Positions 21,695 to 30,284 of a stretch of 32,000 nt of DNA are shown here, one piece after another. This DNA comes from Candidatus Calditenuaceae archaeon HR02 (GTDB lineage: Archaea > Thermoproteota > Nitrososphaeria_A > Caldarchaeales > Calditenuaceae), in contig BEHE01000001.1 in assembly GCA_002898395.1 (NCBI GenBank), forward strand, positions 54,872 through 86,871, given 5' to 3'. The stretch's first letter is position 1; each line of letters opens with the position of its first letter. Below the pieces are notes generated by a model. That model was not told where the DNA came from. It saw only the letters and a list, made by a program, of their open reading frames with translations, and ran no database searches. Position numbers and translations under genes: made by a program.

Positions 21695-22723
21695 CTACCT
21701 GTGCCGGACTCGAGGGTCAATGAGCGGTGCTATGAGGTCTAGTATGAAGACTGACAATGTTATCACGATGCATGAGAGGAGAGCCACAGCCGCAAGCAGG
21801 TTATAGTCGAAAGCTGTGATGGCTCTGTAGATAAGATAGCCCATGCCAGGGTAGGCGAAGAGAATCTCCGTTATAAGTGCTCCACCAAGTATCTGACCCA
21901 TTTGGAGGGTCAGGAGTGTGATCTGTGTAAGGCTGATTTCACCCCAGAGATGCCTCCTCCTAATCTCACTCTCCCTCACACCCATCAGCCGGGTGAATTG
22001 GACGTGATCTTCAGTTATTTTCACTCGGGTGGCCGAGTAGGCGCTGAGGAAAAACCAGCCGAGGCTGACAGGTATTATGAGTGATAGTGCCGGCAGGGTG
22101 GCGTGGTAAAGTATGTTGAGGACCAATGCTAAGTTGTGTAGGGGGTCTTCGGTGAGGCGCGGGGGGACTACGCTAACTCCTCCGCCGAGGGGGAAGACCG
22201 GAACCAAGTACGCGAAAAGGAAGATCAGTACGAGGCCGAATAGGTAGTACGGAATTGGGTACAGCACAGAGGATAGCCCTATCAGGAGCTTGGAGAGGGT
22301 TTTCGAGGGAGCAGAGCCTGAGAAAATGCCCATCAGGGTCCCTGCAAGCCAAGAGATGACTATGCTTAGAGAAAGTAGACCTATTGTCCATGGAAGAGCC
22401 CTCAGAATCAGCACAGAGACTGGGGTTGGGAAGCTAACTAGGGATGGCCCAAAGTCAAAGGTGAAAAGCCTCCTCCACACTTCAAGATAATGTGACCATA
22501 AATCTCCCTCAAGACCGTAAAAGCTTAGCCAAGCACTCCGAAGCCTCTCAGCCTCCTCTGGGTAGCGCACGATGCCTAATTGAAAGGCCTGCTGAAGACG
22601 AGCCTCAACCGCGCCTAACGGGGCTAGCCGCAAGATAATGAAGATGACATTGATGCCTAAGAAGATGTTAAGCCAAGCCGCGAACACCCGGTGACCGACA
22701 TATTTCCAACTTAACGCGGCCAT
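21695..22723 (-). CDS. ABC transporter permease, DppB/OppB type; solitary paralog of the 26811..27818 gene
   Basis: 342 aa. It is collinear with the permease at 26811..27818 (for example VWRRLFTFDFGPSLVSFPTPV versus VWRRLLTLDLGPSIMSFPTPV, and LIDPRVRHR versus LIDPTVRYR). No partner DppC, ATPase or binding-protein gene sits in its own transcription unit. Confidence 0.85.
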   Translation of the reverse strand: MAALSWKYVGHRVFAAWLNIFLGINVIFIILRLAPLGAVEARLQQAFQLGIVRYPEEAERLRSAWLSFYGLEGDLWSHYLEVWRRLFTFDFGPSLVSFPTPVSVLILRALPWTIGLLSLSIVISWLAGTLMGIFSGSAPSKTLSKLLIGLSSVLYPIPYYLFGLVLIFLFAYLVPVFPLGGGVSVVPPRLTEDPLHNLALVLNILYHATLPALSLIIPVSLGWFFLSAYSATRVKITEDHVQFTRLMGVRESEIRRRHLWGEISLTQITLLTLQMGQILGGALITEILFAYPGMGYLIYRAITAFDYNLLAAVALLSCIVITLSVFILDLIAPLIDPRVRHR

Positions 22724-22823
22724 GCCCCCATGTACTCCGCTATGTTTACATCAAGTGGCGTGGATATATCTCCATTCTCAACTTTTATATTTTACATGAG
22801 ATTCTTAGTCACTGCGGTGTTTA

Positions 22824-23903
22824 GTGTTGGAAGAAGTTAGGGTTGGAGTAATAGGTGTTGGTGGGCATGGCAGGGGACGACACCTCATACCTTTAGCCCG
22901 GACTCCTGGGGCGAGGGTTGTTGCGGCCTGTGACACCAACTCCGCGACGCTCGAGAATGTCTGTAGGGAGTTTCGCCTAGTAGGATATACGGATTTTAAG
23001 GAGATGATTGATAGAGAGGGGTTAGAGGCCGTAAGCATAGCCACTCCCTCCGGACTCCATCACAGGATTGCACTAGAGTGTCTCCGGAGAGGAGTCCATG
23101 TGTTAGTCGATAAGCCTCTAGGAGCAAATCTCCAAGAAGTTGTTGAAGTGGTGAAGGCGGCGAAGCATCATAATAGAGTGCTTATGGTTGGGTTCTGGTC
23201 TAGGTTCTCTCCCGCTCTCAGGTATGGGGTTGAGCTCTACGAGTCGGGCAGTCTAGGCGAGCCCTACTACGCTTACGGATACCTCGTGAGGCGGAGAGGA
23301 ATACCAGGCAAGCCTACCTTCATCGATAAGGAGCTCTCAGGGGGGAGAGGAGTGCTCCTAGACATAGGCTGCTACATGCTCGACAACATACTGGCGTTAA
23401 CAGGTTTCAGAAAACCAGTGGCAGCTAGCGGCGCGGTCTACACAAAGTTTGGTAAAAATCCCGAAGAAGTAAAGTTTAACTGGGGGTCATGGAACCCCGA
23501 CGAATTCGAGCTCGAGGACTTCGCCGCGGGATTCGTGAGGTTTGAGGGGGGTTTAACCCTATGTATAGAGACCGCCTGGGCTGCTAACGTCTCACACAGG
23601 GGCGAGGTAGGGAGGCTCAGGGTTCTAGGCGACAAGGGCGGGATAGAGGCTGAGGGGCATGAAGCCATCCAAGACATAGGGTTCTACTCTAGGACGGCAA
23701 ACTTCTTGACCGACGTTAAGCCCGCCCTCCCCAGCATCGACCTCCCCCTCGAGATGACGAAGGCCTTCGTCAGGGCTGTTCAGGAGAAGGCAGAGCCGCC
23801 GGTAACAGGGTGGCAGAGCGTTATACTCCACGCCATAATAGACGCAATCTACGAGTCATCTAACACGGGAAGGGAAGTAAGAATATCCCTTCCCACAATC
23901 TAG
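22824..23903 (+). CDS. Gfo/Idh/MocA-family NAD(P)-dependent oxidoreductase (probable sugar dehydrogenase)
   Basis: 359 aa. It has an N-terminal Rossmann motif VGVIGVGGHGRGRH and the EKP-like VLVDKPL motif, with typical family length. GTG start ~30 nt after TTTTATATTTTA. Confidence 0.8.
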   Translation: MLEEVRVGVIGVGGHGRGRHLIPLARTPGARVVAACDTNSATLENVCREFRLVGYTDFKEMIDREGLEAVSIATPSGLHHRIALECLRRGVHVLVDKPLGANLQEVVEVVKAAKHHNRVLMVGFWSRFSPALRYGVELYESGSLGEPYYAYGYLVRRRGIPGKPTFIDKELSGGRGVLLDIGCYMLDNILALTGFRKPVAASGAVYTKFGKNPEEVKFNWGSWNPDEFELEDFAAGFVRFEGGLTLCIETAWAANVSHRGEVGRLRVLGDKGGIEAEGHEAIQDIGFYSRTANFLTDVKPALPSIDLPLEMTKAFVRAVQEKAEPPVTGWQSVILHAIIDAIYESSNTGREVRISLPTI

Positions 23904-24880
23904 TGTTTCTCATCAGAGTAGAGCCAACAGGCAACTTCCACTCCACCACTAGTTCTGGTCAATGGCGGAGCCTTCTTCTTACAAATCTCCATAACGTAGG
24001 GACACCTATCTGCAAATTTGCAGCCGGGGAGGAGATACTCCTCAACCTCAGTTACCGCCACCCTAACCTTTCCAGCCCACTTTCTGTCTACCCTAGGTAT
24101 CGAGTCGATCAGGAGCTGGGTGTAGGGGTGGAGCGGCTCTCTGAAGATGGCCTCAGCCTCCCCTATCTCGGCGAATGATCCCTTATACATCACCGCTATC
24201 CTGTCGCTAATGTAGTAGGCCGTGGCTAGGTCGTGCGTGATGTAGATGAAGTTTATCCCCAGGTCTTCCTTGAGCTGCTTGAATATGTTAAGAATCCCCA
24301 TCCTTAGGGAGGCGTCAATCATTGAGACGGGTTCATCCGCCACAATTAGCTTCGGCCGTGGAATAATTGCTCTCGCTATTGATAGCCTCTGGACCTGGCC
24401 GCCGGAAAGCTCGTAGGGCGACCTATCCGCGATATCTGGTGAGAGGCGCACGGCCTCGAGGGCTTGGTTCACCCGCTCCACGGCCTCATACTTGTCCCTG
24501 ACCCCCGCAACATTGACCGCGGTATGGATTAGATATGGGTACACCTTCCTAAGGGGGTTGAAGCTCTCAAAGGGGTTCTGGAAAACAGGCTGAATAATCC
24601 TCGGCAGCCATCTACTCCTCTCCTTTGAAGAGAGCTCTAACACTCGCTTACCCAGAATTTCAATACTTCCAGAGGTCGGCTCTATGAGGTTCAGAATCAT
24701 TCTAGCTAGCGTCGTCTTACCGCACCCGCTCTCGCCAACTATTGTAAATATACTTGCCGAGTCTCCTCCAAGCGTGAAGGATACGTCGTCAACTGCCCTG
24801 AACTTTTTCCCGAAAAATAGACCACCCGTCTTGAATATCTTTGTGAGATTCTCGACTTTAAGGATGCTGTTCTCACCCAT
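23900..24880 (-). CDS. ABC transporter ATP-binding protein, OppF/DppF type
   Basis: Walker A GESGCGKTT, signature LSGGQVQR, Walker B LIVADEP, plus the C-terminal Opp-type domain with four Cys (GCKFADRCPYVMEIC...VACW). Confidence 0.9.
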   Translation of the reverse strand: MGENSILKVENLTKIFKTGGLFFGKKFRAVDDVSFTLGGDSASIFTIVGESGCGKTTLARMILNLIEPTSGSIEILGKRVLELSSKERSRWLPRIIQPVFQNPFESFNPLRKVYPYLIHTAVNVAGVRDKYEAVERVNQALEAVRLSPDIADRSPYELSGGQVQRLSIARAIIPRPKLIVADEPVSMIDASLRMGILNIFKQLKEDLGINFIYITHDLATAYYISDRIAVMYKGSFAEIGEAEAIFREPLHPYTQLLIDSIPRVDRKWAGKVRVAVTEVEEYLLPGCKFADRCPYVMEICKKKAPPLTRTSGGVEVACWLYSDEKH

Positions 24881-25870
24881 CTACTTTTTTCCCTCCTCCA
24901 AGAGCCAGCAGGCCACCTCTCGGTCGCCAAACTTGAGGAGGGGCGGCTCCTCCCTTGAGCACTTCTCCATCCTGTAGGGGCATCGAGGATGGAACCTGCA
25001 ACCGGGGGGTGGGTTGGCGAGGCTGGGTGGTAGACCTGAAAGCCCTTCAAGCCTTTTAGATCCACCTATGCGCGGCAGAGAATTGATAAGGCCCTCGGTG
25101 TATGGGTGGAGGGGTTCTTTAAACACGTCATCAGTCTTACCAACCTCTATTATCTTCCCTGCATACATAAGAGCTATCCTATCTGTCACCTGGTAGTGAA
25201 GCCCCATGTCATGTGAGACAAGAATGAATGAGGTCCCGTACATTTCTCTGATCTTCTGTATCATCTCTACAACTCCTCTCTGATAGACGACGTCAAGGGC
25301 AGAGGTTGGCTCATCGGCTAGCACTATGCTTGGGTTCATTATAGTTGCCAGTGCGATAACCGTCCTCTGACGCATGCCCCCGCTGAGCTGGTGGGGATAG
25401 GAGTTTAGGATGCTCTCGCGAAGACCAAGTTCTCGCAACCTATCCTTCACTTGCTGAAGAGCCTCCTCTTTCTTAACTCCCCCATACTTCTGGAAAATCT
25501 CGAGGAACTGGCCTCTTATCCTTGAAGTCGGATTAAGGACGGACATCGAGCCTTGAGGGATATAAGATATTACCTTAGCCCGCATCTCTCTCAGCTTGGC
25601 CTCGCTTAGGCTGTAGAGGTCGACCATCTCTCCGCTTGTCGCTTGAAGCCGCACAACCCCCGATAAAACTCTAAGGGGCGGAGTCACGTCCCTGTATATC
25701 GTCCTCATCAGGGTGGTTTTACCGCATCCAGACTCTCCGGCCAGTCCAACAATCTCACCCCTCCCAACAGTTAGATTAACATTATCCACCGCCCTCACCC
25801 TAATATCGTTTCCGAGCACATAGTGAGCTGTAACGCCCCTGCAATCCAGCACAAGATTGTTCACTGACAT
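24881..25870 (-). CDS. ABC transporter ATP-binding protein, OppD/DppD type
   Basis: Walker A GESGCGKTT, signature LSGGMRQR, Walker B VLADEPTSALD, plus the C-terminal domain GCRFHPRCPYRMEKC...VACW. Its stop abuts the next ATPase start (TAG then ATG). Confidence 0.9.
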   Translation of the reverse strand: MSVNNLVLDCRGVTAHYVLGNDIRVRAVDNVNLTVGRGEIVGLAGESGCGKTTLMRTIYRDVTPPLRVLSGVVRLQATSGEMVDLYSLSEAKLREMRAKVISYIPQGSMSVLNPTSRIRGQFLEIFQKYGGVKKEEALQQVKDRLRELGLRESILNSYPHQLSGGMRQRTVIALATIMNPSIVLADEPTSALDVVYQRGVVEMIQKIREMYGTSFILVSHDMGLHYQVTDRIALMYAGKIIEVGKTDDVFKEPLHPYTEGLINSLPRIGGSKRLEGLSGLPPSLANPPPGCRFHPRCPYRMEKCSREEPPLLKFGDREVACWLLEEGKK

Positions 25871-25880
25871 TCTGGGACTT

Positions 25881-26801
25881 TCACCCCCTCGCCTGCCACC
25901 TTAGACGTGGGTTAGAATAGTCTGAGATGCCTTTCGATATTAGGAAGAGGGAGACGAATACGAGTATTATCGTTATAACTGGTGAGATAAGCCACCACCA
26001 AAGACCCCTGAATAGGGCTGAGTAGTTAAGGGCCCAGTATATCATGACACCGAGCGTCGCCTCGCTAAGTATTGAGACACCTATGACCGCTAGCGCAGCC
26101 TCGCTTGATATGGCGAAGAGTACCGTGTTCGTCAGGTTTACTAGGTGCCAGGGGATGATGAAGGGTAGATAGTCTCTGAAGACGCGGCCCATCACTCCGT
26201 AGCCCGAGAAGATTGATGTCGCAATAAAGTCACGCTCCCGTAGTGAGAGGACCATCGCTCTCACCTGTCTAGACGGCCATGGCCATGAGAAGATGCTTAT
26301 TATCAAGCCCATGAGGGGAATAGTCATTACATCTCTCAATAAGACAGCAAGAAGAATTAGGGTGGGAAGCGAAGGTATAACCACGAAGGAGTCTGTCAAG
26401 ATCATGAGCATTCTGTCGGCCAGCCCACCCCTCGCCCCTGCAAGCATACCGAGTATAAGTCCTATGTGAGAGGCGACCATCGCTGTTATTAGGCCGATAA
26501 TGAGAGAGTTCTTAATGCTCCACGTCAGGAGCCAGAATACATCCTGCCCATTCGTGGTTGTGCCTAAGAGGAACTCGAGGCCCGGTGGCCTGTTAGGCGG
26601 CACCAGATACCAGCGCCGTGGGTCAAAGGGTGAGAAAGAGCTGACACCAACACCTAGCATAATCATTACGGCAAATATCACAAGCCCAACTCTGAAGGAG
26701 CGGCTGGCCCTGAAAACTTCAAGGAATATGTTTGAGAACCTTGCGAGGCCTATCCCTAAAAATTTTAATGCGTCAACCCCAGTGCGAGGTATTAGGGTCA
26801 A
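25881..26801 (-). CDS. ABC transporter permease, DppC/OppC type
   Basis: 306 aa with 6 TM helices. It has an N-terminal OppC-type helix, LGTTTNGQDVF, and an EAA-loop region (RERDFIATSIFSGYG). Confidence 0.88.
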   Translation of the reverse strand: MTLIPRTGVDALKFLGIGLARFSNIFLEVFRASRSFRVGLVIFAVMIMLGVGVSSFSPFDPRRWYLVPPNRPPGLEFLLGTTTNGQDVFWLLTWSIKNSLIIGLITAMVASHIGLILGMLAGARGGLADRMLMILTDSFVVIPSLPTLILLAVLLRDVMTIPLMGLIISIFSWPWPSRQVRAMVLSLRERDFIATSIFSGYGVMGRVFRDYLPFIIPWHLVNLTNTVLFAISSEAALAVIGVSILSEATLGVMIYWALNYSALFRGLWWWLISPVITIILVFVSLFLISKGISDYSNPRLRWQARG

Positions 26802-26810
26802 CTCGCCGCC

Positions 26811-27818
26811 TCACCTATACCTTACAGTGGGGTCTATTAAGGGATATAGCAGGTCAAGGAGAAGCGTGGCAAGCGAAACGCCGAGGATAGAGAGTAGAGA
26901 TATGCCCATTATCATGTTGTAGTCGTTGTTAATGATTGCTTGATATAATAGACGACCTAGGCCCGGATATGCGTAGACAACTTCGGTTAAGAGTGCGCCA
27001 CTGAAGATTCCTCCGAGGGCTAGTCCCAAGGCGGTGGTTTGGGGCATGAGAATATTCCTGATCAGGTAGCGCTTCAGCACAACACCGTTAGGCAGCCCCT
27101 TTAGCTCGGCGTATCTTACAAAGTCTTCAGTCTTTTTCTGGCTTGTGAGTGTGAAGGAGGAGAGGAACCACCAGCCCAGCGTCCCCGGTATGATTATAGA
27201 TATTGCCGGAAGCGCCGCGTGCTTTGCCAAGTTTAATACGAGGTCTAAGCTAAATCCCACACCCACAATAGTTATTCCACCACCCAGTGGGAAGATAGGT
27301 ATCAGAAATGCGAATACGAACATTAGGACTAGGGCGAGGATGAAGTAGGGTACTGGATAAAGGATGACTGCCATACCTGTTAGTACTTTCGAGAACCTCT
27401 TGTGGCTGAAGAAACTGGAGATCGTGCCGATAATGTTTCCAAGCGTCCAAGAGATGAGCACAGAGAGTGTTAGCAGGCCGAGAGTCCAGGGGAGCGCGAT
27501 GCTTATTAAAGTGGCAACGGGTGTTGGGAAGCTCATGATCGATGGTCCCAAGTCGAGTGTAAGTAGTCGACGCCAGACACCGATGTATTGCTCAACGGGG
27601 TTTCCCTTCAGGCCATATAGCTCGTATAACGTCTGTCTAAGACTCTCTATCGCGGTTGGGTCGTAAAATTGTCCAATCGAGTAGATGAAGCCTATCTGTG
27701 CCTCAACAGGATTATAGGGTAGGAGCCTCGGTATCACGAAGACTACAGTTACACCTATTACAACGGTAAGGACAAAGGCCACAATCCTCGAAGCAATGAA
27801 TATAAGCAGCTTGCTCAA
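26811..27818 (-). CDS. ABC transporter permease, DppB/OppB type
   Basis: 335 aa. It has the EAA-loop region EDFVRYAELKGLPNGVVLKRYLIRNILMPQ and the C-terminal LIDPTVRYR. TTG start 32-40 nt after a minus-strand TATA (27851-27859). Confidence 0.88.
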   Translation of the reverse strand: MSKLLIFIASRIVAFVLTVVIGVTVVFVIPRLLPYNPVEAQIGFIYSIGQFYDPTAIESLRQTLYELYGLKGNPVEQYIGVWRRLLTLDLGPSIMSFPTPVATLISIALPWTLGLLTLSVLISWTLGNIIGTISSFFSHKRFSKVLTGMAVILYPVPYFILALVLMFVFAFLIPIFPLGGGITIVGVGFSLDLVLNLAKHAALPAISIIIPGTLGWWFLSSFTLTSQKKTEDFVRYAELKGLPNGVVLKRYLIRNILMPQTTALGLALGGIFSGALLTEVVYAYPGLGRLLYQAIINNDYNMIMGISLLSILGVSLATLLLDLLYPLIDPTVRYR

Positions 27819-27850
27819 GCGTCCCCGTTAATTTAAGGCTGATAACTTGA

Positions 27851-27859
27851 ATATATATC
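27851..27859 (-). promoter_or_regulatory. Internal TATA (minus strand GATATATAT) between the binding-protein gene and the first permease gene
   Basis: It lies 32-40 nt upstream of TTG 27818 and follows the T-rich tract after the SBP stop. Confidence 0.4.
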
Positions 27860-27875
27860 TTACATAATAAATCAG

Positions 27876-27886
27876 AAAATAAAAAA
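27876..27886 (-). terminator. T-rich tract (minus strand TTTTTTATTTT) just after the binding-protein stop codon; possible partial terminator/attenuator
   Basis: It begins 9 nt after the TAA (27895-27897, minus strand). Confidence 0.4.
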
Positions 27887-27894
27887 TCAGATGT

Positions 27895-30105
27895 TTATTG
27901 TGCTGGTCTTCTGCGACCTAGTGCTCTGCCTACAGCTATCCCGACGACGAGTAATACGATCCCTACAGCTGCAGCTACTCCAGACAGCGTCCCCCAGTCA
28001 ATGGCCGTTACAGTCTGTGTCTGCACTTGTGTGACTACCTGTGTTCTTAGCTCGGTTACACGCTGTGTCACTGTCTCTCTTAGCGTGACGGTAGTCACGC
28101 CAGCAGCTGGCGGAGCACGACCCACCAGACTCTCCCACTCGGCAGCGGTGGCAATTTTGACTAGGGGTGTGTTGGCAATTCTTAGTGGTTTCGGATCCAT
28201 TATAGCATCCTTTGTCGGTGCTCTGCCTGTCGGCTTAACCTTAAGTATAACGAAGAGGTGCTGGCTCCACCAAGAGACTGGGTCCATGTAGTAGTTTTCT
28301 GGGAATGTTGGCCAGTTATCCCAAGCGTAGCCGTCTTGGAATGTGTAGAAGGGTGTTGGGAAGAAGCCGAGCCAGGGCAGGTCCCTAACCCAGATCTTCA
28401 ACGCCTCCCTGTAGAGCTCGAAGGCTCTTGGAGAGCCTGGATCAGTCCTCTCAAGCTCATCCACTATCCTGTCAAGCTCCTGGATCGGGGCCTCGGCAGT
28501 GTTCCACCCAGTTCCATGACCGCCCTCACCCTTCTTCTGGACCCAATACTTACTACTCCACCGGTTAAACCAGTTGGCGTATAGGTCAAGTATCTGGCTA
28601 CAGCCAGGCCAGAAAGTGCCTACTTGGAAGTCGCCTATGCTGTATGAGGTTGAGAACGGCCCTGACTCCAATGGCGTCACCTTAACATCGATACCGAAAG
28701 CCCTCCACTGGTCAGCGACTAGGAATGCTATTCTCTGGCTCTCCATCTCGAAGCCCGAGGTAGTCTTGATCTCTATCGTCCATGGCGTACCATCAGGCAT
28801 TAGCCACTTACCGTCAGCGCCTCTCTTGAATCCTTGGGCTGTTAGAAGCTGCTCGGCCTTGGCTAAATCTTGCTTCCAGAAGCCTAGTACAGGATACTTC
28901 TCGACCCACCATGCATTGTTCTCCCTAGCAATGTCGAGGACCAGTTCTGGGTCGTAGCCGTACTGTTTCAGGTAATCAAGTAGCGGAATATAGTATGTCT
29001 CAATGTCCGCTGCATGTGGTATGACTGGGAGGGCGGCTGGTGTTGGTGTGGACTTATCAATACCTACGAACGCCCGGTATATCGTTCTGTAATCTATTGC
29101 GTAGGCTAGAGCCCATCTTACCTCCCTCTTATCGAAAGGTGGAGTCTTTGTCTGGAAAGCGATACCCTTCACGCAGGGGTCAAGTGGCCATGCGAAGGGG
29201 GCGCTGGCCCTCCAACCCTTCAGATACGGGTTGTTCTTTATGACGAGCTCTGCCTGCTCAGGGAGCAAAGTCCTCAGAGCATCCAACTCGTGCTTAGTCA
29301 TTGCCAGGGCCTTAGCCTCATCTGGACCATGGTTGATGTAGAGGACATACTTTGCAGCCGGGACAACGCCGAAAACTTTTGAACCCCACCAGTTGTCAAA
29401 CCTCTCCCAGAGGAACCAGTTTCCTGCCGGGTCTACAGCCCTTAGGTTATACGGCCCGGCACAAGTGGGAGGATTATTCTCAAACTTCTGCGGGTCCTTT
29501 CCCTCCCATATATGCTTTGGTAGAATTCCACCAGCACCGTAAATTATCACCGCGTAGAAGTAGTGCCATCTCGGGTTCGGTGAGAGAAGCTCTATGAGAA
29601 CGGTTAGCCTGTCTAAAGCCCTAGCGTCCTTTACTGATGCCTTCTCGTTTACGCCTATTGGAGCTGGCGCCTCTTTAAGATACTTTAGCGTGAACACGAC
29701 GTCCTCTGCTGTCAAAGGTTTTCCGTCATTCCAGTACACACCATCCCGTAGCTTCACGATTAGACTGGTGAAGTCTGGCGAGTAGATCGGCGGTTCAGCC
29801 GCGATCCACGGTATCAACATACTGTTTGATGTATTGATGTACCATAGGAAGGCCTTGCACAGCTGCTGGTAGCCGCTCCCACCTGGAGCAATAGATGCAG
29901 GACCAACACCAGGCGAGGCTATTGGATTCCAGTTATTGGGGTTGGCATATGTTCCCCAGTGGTTTTCAATAACAAGGACGTCTCCTCGTGGGACGCCAGC
30001 TGGCAGTGGAAGCTGGCCATAGCTCACCGGCACAGCCGAGAGAGCTAGAGCAGCAACAAGCACCAGAGCGGCAGATATAGCTATGTAGGACTTTTTCCCG
30101 TTCAT
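27895..30105 (-). CDS. ABC transporter substrate-binding protein, family 5 (Opp/Dpp-like, probably oligosaccharide/beta-glucoside binding), with Sec signal peptide, Thr/Gln/Val-rich linker and C-terminal TM anchor
   Basis: The large SBP_bac_5-like body includes VKLRDGVYWNDGKPLTAEDVVFT. The signal peptide is MNGKKSYIAISAALVLVAALALSAV. The linker is VTTVTLRETVTQRVTELRTQVVTQVQTQTVT and the anchor is VAAAVGIVLLVVGIAVG. The longest ORF reaches 30174, but the TTTATAT box (30131-30137) lies inside it, so ATG 30105 (26-32 nt downstream) is preferred. Confidence 0.88.
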   Translation of the reverse strand: MNGKKSYIAISAALVLVAALALSAVPVSYGQLPLPAGVPRGDVLVIENHWGTYANPNNWNPIASPGVGPASIAPGGSGYQQLCKAFLWYINTSNSMLIPWIAAEPPIYSPDFTSLIVKLRDGVYWNDGKPLTAEDVVFTLKYLKEAPAPIGVNEKASVKDARALDRLTVLIELLSPNPRWHYFYAVIIYGAGGILPKHIWEGKDPQKFENNPPTCAGPYNLRAVDPAGNWFLWERFDNWWGSKVFGVVPAAKYVLYINHGPDEAKALAMTKHELDALRTLLPEQAELVIKNNPYLKGWRASAPFAWPLDPCVKGIAFQTKTPPFDKREVRWALAYAIDYRTIYRAFVGIDKSTPTPAALPVIPHAADIETYYIPLLDYLKQYGYDPELVLDIARENNAWWVEKYPVLGFWKQDLAKAEQLLTAQGFKRGADGKWLMPDGTPWTIEIKTTSGFEMESQRIAFLVADQWRAFGIDVKVTPLESGPFSTSYSIGDFQVGTFWPGCSQILDLYANWFNRWSSKYWVQKKGEGGHGTGWNTAEAPIQELDRIVDELERTDPGSPRAFELYREALKIWVRDLPWLGFFPTPFYTFQDGYAWDNWPTFPENYYMDPVSWWSQHLFVILKVKPTGRAPTKDAIMDPKPLRIANTPLVKIATAAEWESLVGRAPPAAGVTTVTLRETVTQRVTELRTQVVTQVQTQTVTAIDWGTLSGVAAAVGIVLLVVGIAVGRALGRRRPAQ

Positions 30106-30130
30106 GCGTTTAGAATTAATGATTAGCGGC

Positions 30131-30137
30131 ATATAAA
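30131..30137 (-). promoter_or_regulatory. TATA box (minus strand TTTATAT) for the ABC binding-protein operon
   Basis: 26-32 nt upstream of ATG 30105. Confidence 0.5.
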
Positions 30138-30218
30138 TCTTTCCGGATACGCCATAAATTTTACCACAATACAATCAGCCTAAGCTAACACTATATTATT
30201 TCATGCATATCTATAGCC

Positions 30219-30236
30219 ATAATTCTCAAGAATTAT
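30219..30236. promoter_or_regulatory. Perfect 8-2-8 palindrome ATAATTCT-CA-AGAATTAT; candidate operator in the divergent ABC/GH1 control region
   Basis: Read directly: positions 30219-30226 are the exact reverse complement of 30229-30236. It lies ~50 nt upstream of the GH1 ATG and abuts the A/T-rich TTATTAATAA. Confidence 0.4.
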
Positions 30237-30284
30237 TAATAAGCACCACACTCTAGAACTTTTGCGTGAGAAGGGTGCTCGTGT

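Noticed and set aside
27990-28090. Short reiterated CTGTGT/ACACAG units that looked like a micro-repeat array.
   Set aside because: They are in frame within the binding-protein gene and encode its Thr/Gln/Val-rich linker (VTQRVTELRTQVVTQVQTQTVT). There are no spacer-repeat periodicity or CRISPR-like units.
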